Shown piece after piece: positions 57,178 through 64,000 of a stretch of DNA of 64,000 nt (its first letter is position 1; each line of letters starts with the position of its first letter). The position numbers and the translations under genes are program-made. Origin of the DNA: Patescibacteria group bacterium (GTDB taxonomy: Bacteria > Patescibacteriota > Kazan-3B-28 > UBA10110). The notes beneath the pieces were generated by a model. That model was given only the letters and a program-made list of their open reading frames with translations. It was not told the DNA's origin and did no database searches. The DNA lies in contig JBAZXK010000002.1 in assembly GCA_041659905.1 (NCBI GenBank), positions 201,832 to 265,831 on the forward strand, in the 5' to 3' direction.

Positions 57178-57313
57178 AACGGGCAGGAGTCCCGTTTTGA
57201 GTGAGAGAGGGAAGGAGAAGAGGAGTGAAGACTAGGAGGTTTTCGGATTGGTTGAAGGAAGGTAGGAAGGAGTTCCCATCTCTCACCCGAAAAGGGAGAG
57301 TCCTGCCGTTTGA
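57178..57313. repeat. Long imperfect inverted repeat (~35-bp arms) around a purine-rich 60-bp core; the left arm doubles as the rnhA terminator
   Basis: Left arm aaacgggcaggagtcccgttttgagtgagagaggg. Right arm ccatctctcacccgaaaagggagagtcctgccgtttg, ~85% complementary. Confidence 0.5.
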
Positions 57314-57474
57314 AGGTTCATAAGCTTTCGCTCATCCCTATTATAGCAAATCAATTGTTTTACAATCCCCATTGCAAAAATAAGGCGGCCGCCCAGTTTG
57401 ATAGTAAGAAAAATGCAGACTCAGTAGGTTTAGTTGAGTATAAGAGGAATAATAAATTAACTAATCAGGATGAG

Positions 57475-57508
57475 GCTACGCAAAAACGCTATAGCGTTTT
57501 TGCGTAGC
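57475..57508. promoter_or_regulatory. 34-bp perfect palindrome gctacgcaaaaacgc-tata-gcgtttttgcgtagc
   Basis: 15-bp perfect arms. Lies in the convergent intergenic region. Confidence 0.45.
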
Positions 57509-57623
57509 CAAGGGGAGAGTGATGGAAAAATGGGGGACGAAAAAACCCCGATTTCATATCAGGGTTTAAAACCAATTGCAAAGTACGAGTTTGACGGTGA
57601 CAAAAGGAATGTCTCTCCTGTCC

Positions 57624-58409
57624 TTATGCGATATTGGTGCTATCCTGTCCGGTGACGCCCCCTCCTCCATCAACTATATATAGGATAATTCCACCAGCAA
57701 TATTGCTGTTATAGTTGAAGGAAGTGGTAAGTTGGATACTCCCATCAACCCAGGACTTAGGGTCAACAACACTATTAGGGATGATAATGAAATATGCGCC
57801 GCTTCCATCCGTCATAGTAGAATTGTCGTCGATAAAAATCTGGACACCGGGTACCCCTGCACCATCAATCTGGACATGGCCAGAAATGATTATGCCGGAA
57901 TCATGGAAATTAAGAACAGTATTATCATACCGATCTTTTGCTGTGACATCTAGATAGATCGATGATCCTTCGCTGATTTGGGATTCAGCGTCAACGTCGA
58001 AGAAATTTAACGTTCCGTAGGGGATTACTTGTATAGACGGGCTGATACTTCGGGATCGTGGTGCTGTGTACCGATCAGAGTACCCATCGACTCGTATAAT
58101 GAAAGCCGAGGTTTCCGTTCCTGAAGGTATTTGCCAGTTAATACTGGCAATCTTTCTGGTTTCGCCAATTGGCGACCAGGTTTCTCCGTCATTGGTCGAA
58201 TAGTCGATAGTATAACGATCGACTATTGTGACAAAATCCCAGGAAATAATAATAGGCTCTCTTGAGATGAGTTGCCCATCTCCGTCGTCGGTAATTACAA
58301 CCGTTGCTCCAGTATTGACAGGAGGAGTGACGGGTTCGTTACCACATGATACTAATCCAATGATTGCCAGGCAGAGCCCGGCGGTGATAAGAAGAAAGTA
58401 TCTATGCAT
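57624..58409 (-). CDS. Lipoprotein/surface protein paralogous to a domain of the downstream giant adhesin
   Basis: Lipobox LVSCG. DAESQISEGSSIYLDVTAKDRYDNTVLNFHDSGIII matches VDVEPQISEGLSVYLDATAKDQYDNTILNFSDSGMVT in the next gene. Confidence 0.55.
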   Translation of the reverse strand: MHRYFLLITAGLCLAIIGLVSCGNEPVTPPVNTGATVVITDDGDGQLISREPIIISWDFVTIVDRYTIDYSTNDGETWSPIGETRKIASINWQIPSGTETSAFIIRVDGYSDRYTAPRSRSISPSIQVIPYGTLNFFDVDAESQISEGSSIYLDVTAKDRYDNTVLNFHDSGIIISGHVQIDGAGVPGVQIFIDDNSTMTDGSGAYFIIIPNSVVDPKSWVDGSIQLTTSFNYNSNIAGGIILYIVDGGGGVTGQDSTNIA

Positions 58410-58503
58410 CGAATTGCCTCCGTGGGCATAGCCAGGCAGATGTCCTGGCTGCGTTTTTTTTGATAGCCGTGTTCTCCGGAGAATTCCTTGAGCGCGGCGG
58501 TCT

Positions 58504-58595
58504 GCTCGTTAGTTGTCATGCTGAATTTATTTCAGCATCTCCAGGGAGAGATCCTGAATCCGAACTTGGCCTTATGGACAGTCGGTCCAGGATGA
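58504..58595. repeat. Palindromes of the GTCATCC/GGATGAC family
   Basis: gtcatgctgaatttatttcagcat, and atcctgaatccgaacttggccttatggacagtcggtccaggatgac. Confidence 0.45.
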
Positions 58596-58726
58596 CGAAT
58601 AGGGAACAGAATGCCGGGCTCAAAGGATGTATGTCAAAGGACTGAATTTCTGACTAAATATTATATCAAAAATGGGCAGAAGTCAAGAGTTTTTGGCTCT
58701 GGGAGAGGATAATTTATATACAATAA

Positions 58727-58775
58727 CCCCTCCTTTCCTCCCCTTATATTAAGGGGAGGTTGGGTGGGATGGTTT
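58727..58775. repeat. Partial third copy (5' hairpin + G-rich block) of the structured element
   Basis: cccctcctttcctccccttatattaaggggaggttgggtgggatgg. Confidence 0.4.
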
Positions 58776-58945
58776 TATGTTGACAAGGAGAGTGATTTGT
58801 AGTATAATAATATAATTACTTTATAGAGTTCCTTGCGGAAACAAACATCAAAATGGCTCCAAAAAGCAAAAAGAATAACCTCTTGTCGGTAACCCCTCGA
58901 CTACACTCGGGGAATAAAAAATTATACGATCCTGGACAAGCCAGG

Positions 58946-61900
58946 ATGACGGGCAGAGTAAGTAGGGTGCTGTCGTGGGTGGTGATGGCAGTGTTGATTA
59001 TTCAGGTGGTGTTTCCGGGAGGATTGTTTGATTTTGCTGTCCAAAGAACTTATGCTGCTACAACCTTAGGCATATCGGCGCCCATTGCTTCTACAGAGTG
59101 GGTTATTGGGGAAAATAATACCATATTATGGACAACTGTCGGGGATGTTCCAAGTTATTTCAAATTGTATTATTCAACCGACAGTGGAGGCAATTGGGCT
59201 TCAATAGATGATTATGAGGCCTATACAGGTAGTCCTCAGTTCTATCTTTGGACAACGCCGGTAGTGGCTAACGCAGGATCACAAACACATCAGGTTAAGG
59301 TTGAGGCGTACGATGCCGGGGATGTTTTATTGGCGACTAAAAGTACTGTCTCTTACATAATTGATTATGGGCCACTAGATAGTTTTGTTGTAGATGTTGA
59401 ACCTCAAATAAGCGAGGGATTGTCGGTTTATTTAGATGCTACAGCCAAAGACCAATATGATAATACTATTTTGAATTTCTCTGATTCAGGTATGGTTACT
59501 CAGGGCTACGTGAGGATTGATGGTATGGGAGTGCCTAATGTCATGGTTACTGTAAACGGTGATTCAAACTTAACAAACGGAGATGGCCTTTTTAGTATTG
59601 TTCAGCCTCAACCTTCTGGATGGTCTTGGGCTAATGGACATGCTCAAATTGTTACTTATTTCACTTATGATGAAGGTAATATTGGAGATGGAGGTGGAAC
59701 AATTAGTTATGATTTAAACGCCAAAGGGAATGATACCACTAATGTAGTAGCTAATCTAGTTCTTATGGATGCGCCGACATCGGCTTCCAGTTTTGTAATC
59801 GGCTCGCCTGGGAACAGCATCACTTTTCGGGCAGGAGGAGAAACAAGTATTGACCATTTGGATTTGGCGTATTCGCCAAACAATGGAGGTAATTATTACA
59901 CGATTGAAAATGGAGTGGCGGATGGAGCGATGCCACAGACTTACAGTTGGATTGTTAACAACGATACTCCGGGCGCGCAATGGAAAGTCCGCGTGCAATC
60001 CTACGATGCTACGGATACCCTGATTGCGACCGGGACCTCGGATGCCTTTACGGTGGCCTACGGTGCTGTGGCCAGTTTTACTGTAGCTGCTCCAGAAACA
60101 GCTAACATCAACCAATATTTTAGTTTGACGGTAACTGCTAAAGATACATATGGAAATACCATTACTACATTTAGTGAAGCCACAGCGATCGGGTCTTTGC
60201 CCAGCAATATCACGCCAACCACTATCGGCAACGGTACCACTACTGGCACTTGGTCGAATGGAGTAGTCACATATAACGGTTATCAAATCAGCGGGACAGG
60301 AGTACAAACCATTACCGCGACTTATGGCAGTGCGACCGGATCTGATACTATGAACATCATCGGTGGGGGATCTACTACCGTGATTGGTTGTACGGAATCA
60401 ATGGATAAAAAAGCCCCGGCTTCGGCGGTAGTAGGGATTTTAGATGCCAATAACATTATCCAACCCATGCCGGCCACTACTTACAAAACTCCCATGACAG
60501 TAGTGGCGGAAGCAATCGATCCCGACCAAGGTTTGGTGGCTGATGGTTGTCCTTTAGGTACGGGTGTAGCTGCAATTGATTTGCAACTTAAAAAAGGCGC
60601 CGGTGAGTATATTGCCCAAAGCGGGGGAATGTATATGGTCCCACCTGCCAATGCCAAACCCGGTTATGATTATTACAAATGGATTATAGATATTCCGGCA
60701 AAGGAATTTACGACTTATTATTTCTATTCGTTAGCCACTGATTATGATGGCAACGCCGAAACCGCCCCGAGCATGCCAGGTTATGATACGTTGACGCTAG
60801 TGGATATGCGCCGGCCATATGTGATTAGTACCAATCCGCTTAATAGCCAAACCGGCGTGGCGAATAATATGCCCATCCAAGTGGTATTTAATATGCCCAT
60901 GAATACTGCTTCGGTCTGGAGTGCCTTTAGTATTACTAAGCAAGGCGCTGTAGTGCCGGTGGATTTGCGTTGGTCAGCTGTGTGGTCTAATAACAACCAA
61001 GTAGCAAGTTTCCGTCATGCCACCGTATTCGATTACAGTGGAGTTTACACAGTAAAAATCGATCCGGATATTGCTACCAATGCGAGCGGAGCGCCTTTGG
61101 ATATTACCAACCCTGATGCAGCTCCCATGCCATTCTCGTTTACGGTAGCGGCGGGTCCACAAACCAACCGACCTTATTTAGCCACTTCAACTAAAGTAGT
61201 TAATTTAGCGATTGCACCGGTCGGAAGTTTACTTACTTACACTATCGTTTTGCGTAATACCGGCACGGCCACGGCCAATGTAGTGTTTACTGATCCTATT
61301 CCTGTCAATACAACTTACGATAATATGGTGACCAATGCAGTTTATGACGCGGTGGCTAAGACTATCCGTTGGAGCGGTACTATCGCCCGGGGTCGAACTT
61401 GGACCATTACCTTCCGGGTCAAGATTAATACGGGAGTGGCTAATGGTACTGTTATCGAGAATAAAGCTACCTTCAGTGATGGAGCTGGCAATACCTTTGA
61501 CCGGTATGCCAACACCACCGTTAACACCGTGCCAACTTCCAAGGTCATTGGCAATTTAGTGGACGGAACTCTAATCACCCCGATGCAGGGCTATACTTAC
61601 GCCTCGCCGTTAACGGTGGTGGCGCAAGCTCCCAATGCCTCTTCCTTGCTCACGGTAAATTTGTATTACCGAACCAGCGCCACGGGCGATACTGTGTATA
61701 AGAATTTCGGGCCAGGTACAAAATATCAAGATTTGCCGGATGGCTCCGCTTATTACAAATGGGATTTCCCATTTGCTGAGGGAATCAGTTTGACCTATTA
61801 TTTTTACACCCGAGCTACCGATAGTTATGGCAATATCGAAAATGCTCCCAGCAGCTATGATGCCTATACTCGGGTGAATACGATTCGTCCGTATATTACT

Positions 61901-64000
61901 TTGACCACACCTGTGCATAATGCGGTTAATGTGCCAATCAGCGGTACTTCTTCTTATGTCCGGTTGACTTTTAGTGCAGCCATGGATCGGGCTTCGGTGA
62001 TTAGTGCTTTCAATTTCAGTCGGGTGGATGGCAAGCCGGTGCCTGATTTCCAGTGGGTAGCCACTTGGAATACTAGCAGTACCCAGATAATTTTGCGTCA
62101 TGCGAGCGTCCCATTCGAATATAAAACTCAATACCAAGTATCGGTTGATCCGGCTATTGCCAAAGATGCTAAGGGAAAGTACTTAAATAACGCTGACAGC
62201 CGGTCCAAGCCCAATCCCTTTACTTTCACTACGGCTATTAAACAAGCTCCGGATCTGACTGCCTCGGTTAAATTAGTAGACAGTCCGACAGTTCAACCCG
62301 GAGCCTTGCTCTTGTTCACTATTAAAGTGGATAACAGTCTAGGCACCGTATCAGCTCGGGTTACTTTGACGGACCCGCTGCCGGCCAACACTACTTATGC
62401 CAATTATCGGTTTGGAGGACTCAATTACAATGCCACGACTAAAATATTTTCTTGGAGCGGGACTGTTCTGGCCGGGGCTTCGCAAACTATGGGATTCCAG
62501 GTGAGAGTGAATACCCCCTTGGATAATAATTTGAATATCACCAATACTGTCACCCTTAAAGACCAGACTAATCCGGCCATTGCCAAACAAGCTATTAGTA
62601 TTGTCGGATCGACGCCCAATTGGGCTACCTCGTATCTCAAGGTTGATTTACCACCCGAGCGGACTGACGGCAAAGTCAAACCAGGTGACACCATAACCTA
62701 CACTACTTATATTGCCAATACGGGTGATATGAATGTTAGTAATCTAGCTGTTGTCACTGATGTGCCAAATCATACTAAATATGTTGATGGTTCTGCCACC
62801 GGCGGTTTGGTTTATGATTCGGCCACAGATACTTTGCAGTGGACAGGAGTTCTTAATGTTAATCAAAATAAAACTTTTACTTATCAAATCAAACTGAACA
62901 ATAATCCCGATGAATTTAAAGCACCCAACAATAAAGTCTTTACCCAGATTGATTTAGCAGATGGAGTGGACGGGTATGTTATGGAGAATACCACCATGGT
63001 GGATGTCCCAGAAGACACGACCATTAAACCACCTCGGCCTAACCCGGCGCCGTATATTACCGATCAAATCCAGCCGGCGATGAATGCTACTAGTGTTAAA
63101 TTGCTGAGTTCGGTTGTGGTGCCTTTCTCTGAAACCATGAATACTGATTTTCTGCAATACGAAGTGATGTTGGGGGATTTACAAGTCGATGTCAGTAAAT
63201 GGGAAGCCACATGGTCGGAAACAGGGGAACAAGTAACCCTAACGCCGCCAGCTCCCCTAGATTCTGGCGAAATCTATACCATTCATATCTTAGAAGCGCT
63301 TGACCTGCAAGGATCTGGGCTGATCACCGATGGACCCGTGCCAGATAACACCTGGAAATTTACCACTGTCCGGCCGATGTTGACCTTCTCTCAACCCGAG
63401 GGGCCGGTATCGTTCTTAGCCGGTCAGGTGAGTCAAGAAATTATTCTAAAAGTGGTAGATTGGATTAACTTTAATGCTCTGGGTGAATCTCCGGCGTATC
63501 TGCCCTACACTGTCGAAGGTATGCAAGACCTGGTGTTAAATCTAGAAACCACTAGCACAACTGGACGGATGGGTGCTACACCCACAGGCCCGTTCTATAC
63601 CAAGACCTGGGGACCTTGGTCGGGCAAACCGGCTGATCCGAATGCTTATCTAAAAATTCCTGTGGGCGGAGATGCAGCTTCTTTCTACTACACCGACGTT
63701 GAGATCGGCTTTAATTCTTTAATGGCGGCCGACAGTAACACCCAAGGCTATGTCGTGATCGATCCCGAACGCAAACCGGTGATTACTTCTACCACTAGCA
63801 GCGATATTGATCAGATCTATTTTGGCAGCGATCCGCAGCGGATTCCGGTCAGTTCGTTTAGTAATCCGATTATCTTTGGCATCACTAATCGAGATAAACA
63901 AGTGGAATTAGAGGAGGGCAGAAGCTTCCTGTTGCACAGTACTTCCACTACCGGCCGGTTCTATACCAGCGATAAAAATCTGATCACCGAGGAATATGTA
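58946..64000 (+). CDS. Giant adhesin-like surface protein (>1680 aa, runs off window end) with DUF11 repeats and SbsA-type Ig-like domains
   Basis: Open frame from ATG 58946 (MTGRVSRVLSWVVMAVLIIQVVF signal anchor) to the window end. DUF11-like LATSTKVVNLAIAPVGSLLTYTIVLRNTGTATANVVFTDPIPVNTTY repeated. SbsA_Ig-like PYVISTNPLNSQTGVANNMPIQVVFNMPM repeated. Minus-strand ORFs inside are shadows. Confidence 0.6.
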   Translation, partial: MTGRVSRVLSWVVMAVLIIQVVFPGGLFDFAVQRTYAATTLGISAPIASTEWVIGENNTILWTTVGDVPSYFKLYYSTDSGGNWASIDDYEAYTGSPQFYLWTTPVVANAGSQTHQVKVEAYDAGDVLLATKSTVSYIIDYGPLDSFVVDVEPQISEGLSVYLDATAKDQYDNTILNFSDSGMVTQGYVRIDGMGVPNVMVTVNGDSNLTNGDGLFSIVQPQPSGWSWANGHAQIVTYFTYDEGNIGDGGGTISYDLNAKGNDTTNVVANLVLMDAPTSASSFVIGSPGNSITFRAGGETSIDHLDLAYSPNNGGNYYTIENGVADGAMPQTYSWIVNNDTPGAQWKVRVQSYDATDTLIATGTSDAFTVAYGAVASFTVAAPETANINQYFSLTVTAKDTYGNTITTFSEATAIGSLPSNITPTTIGNGTTTGTWSNGVVTYNGYQISGTGVQTITATYGSATGSDTMNIIGGGSTTVIGCTESMDKKAPASAVVGILDANNIIQPMPATTYKTPMTVVAEAIDPDQGLVADGCPLGTGVAAIDLQLKKGAGEYIAQSGGMYMVPPANAKPGYDYYKWIIDIPAKEFTTYYFYSLATDYDGNAETAPSMPGYDTLTLVDMRRPYVISTNPLNSQTGVANNMPIQVVFNMPMNTASVWSAFSITKQGAVVPVDLRWSAVWSNNNQVASFRHATVFDYSGVYTVKIDPDIATNASGAPLDITNPDAAPMPFSFTVAAGPQTNRPYLATSTKVVNLAIAPVGSLLTYTIVLRNTGTATANVVFTDPIPVNTTYDNMVTNAVYDAVAKTIRWSGTIARGRTWTITFRVKINTGVANGTVIENKATFSDGAGNTFDRYANTTVNTVPTSKVIGNLVDGTLITPMQGYTYASPLTVVAQAPNASSLLTVNLYYRTSATGDTVYKNFGPGTKYQDLPDGSAYYKWDFPFAEGISLTYYFYTRATDSYGNIENAPSSYDAYTRVNTIRPYITLTTPVHNAVNVPISGTSSYVRLTFSAAMDRASVISAFNFSRVDGKPVPDFQWVATWNTSSTQIILRHASVPFEYKTQYQVSVDPAIAKDAKGKYLNNADSRSKPNPFTFTTAIKQAPDLTASVKLVDSPTVQPGALLLFTIKVDNSLGTVSARVTLTDPLPANTTYANYRFGGLNYNATTKIFSWSGTVLAGASQTMGFQVRVNTPLDNNLNITNTVTLKDQTNPAIAKQAISIVGSTPNWATSYLKVDLPPERTDGKVKPGDTITYTTYIANTGDMNVSNLAVVTDVPNHTKYVDGSATGGLVYDSATDTLQWTGVLNVNQNKTFTYQIKLNNNPDEFKAPNNKVFTQIDLADGVDGYVMENTTMVDVPEDTTIKPPRPNPAPYITDQIQPAMNATSVKLLSSVVVPFSETMNTDFLQYEVMLGDLQVDVSKWEATWSETGEQVTLTPPAPLDSGEIYTIHILEALDLQGSGLITDGPVPDNTWKFTTVRPMLTFSQPEGPVSFLAGQVSQEIILKVVDWINFNALGESPAYLPYTVEGMQDLVLNLETTSTTGRMGATPTGPFYTKTWGPWSGKPADPNAYLKIPVGGDAASFYYTDVEIGFNSLMAADSNTQGYVVIDPERKPVITSTTSSDIDQIYFGSDPQRIPVSSFSNPIIFGITNRDKQVELEEGRSFLLHSTSTTGRFYTSDKNLITEEYV

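Noticed and set aside
59756-62137. Minus-strand ORFs inside the giant adhesin gene (59756-60307, 61610-62137 etc.); also 21250-21747 and other antisense ORFs in large genes
   Set aside because: Shadow ORFs antisense to long, clearly coding, repeat-domain genes.
1-64000. Transposase, integrase, phage or CRISPR-Cas genes
   Set aside because: None recognised in any frame. Mobility signals are limited to repeats, GIY-YIG genes and the tRNA 3' duplication.

Overview
This 64-kb window looks like a chromosomal segment of a low-GC, small-genome bacterium. By inference it is Patescibacteria/CPR-like: RNase Y, an NDK with an insertion, several ~90-aa GIY-YIG proteins, very large repeat-rich surface proteins, and many C34 tRNAs. 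Apart from translation, tRNA-modification and a few metabolic genes, the content is mostly envelope-related.

Conserved genes I recognise: tsaB, tsaE, rny, an M16 peptidase, ndk, mnmA, an ECF sigma factor with a putative anti-sigma, tadA, murI, rpmB, rnhA and a site-2 protease. There are seven tRNAs: Asp-GUC, Arg-CCU, Pro-CGG, Ser-CGA, Gly-CCC, Thr-CGU, and a second Pro whose anticodon loop reads AGG.

The rest of the window is dominated by envelope functions:
- Giant secreted proteins: a 1935-aa Kelch+Big protein, a 764-aa lamin-tail-domain (LTD) protein, a ~1260-aa surface protein broken by a frameshift, and a >1680-aa DUF11/SbsA-Ig protein running off the window end.
- A ~20-kb glycan locus (24.3-44.1 kb): TPR protein, O-antigen-ligase-like protein, a three-gene UDP-GlcNAc epimerase/dehydratase/reductase set, glycosyltransferases, a Wzx flippase, methyltransferases and unusual kinase-methyltransferase and toroid-glycosyltransferase fusions. 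It is flanked by paralogous surface proteins.
- An MBOAT + SGNH O-acylation pair.

I found no transposase, integrase or CRISPR array.

The most unusual signals are repeat families, not genes:
- A palindromic MITE-like element (GTCATYCYGA...TCRGGATGAC) present in at least four full copies, one inserted in-frame inside mnmA, with relatives flanking one GIY-YIG gene.
- An iteron-like CCATGTTAACC array with a 24-bp palindrome and an AT-rich island upstream of a MerR-like gene.
- A ~265-nt repeated structured element with compensatory hairpin changes (candidate novel ncRNA).
- A conserved hairpin trailer behind two tRNAs.
- A duplicated tRNA-Pro 3' end next to a frameshifted tadA.
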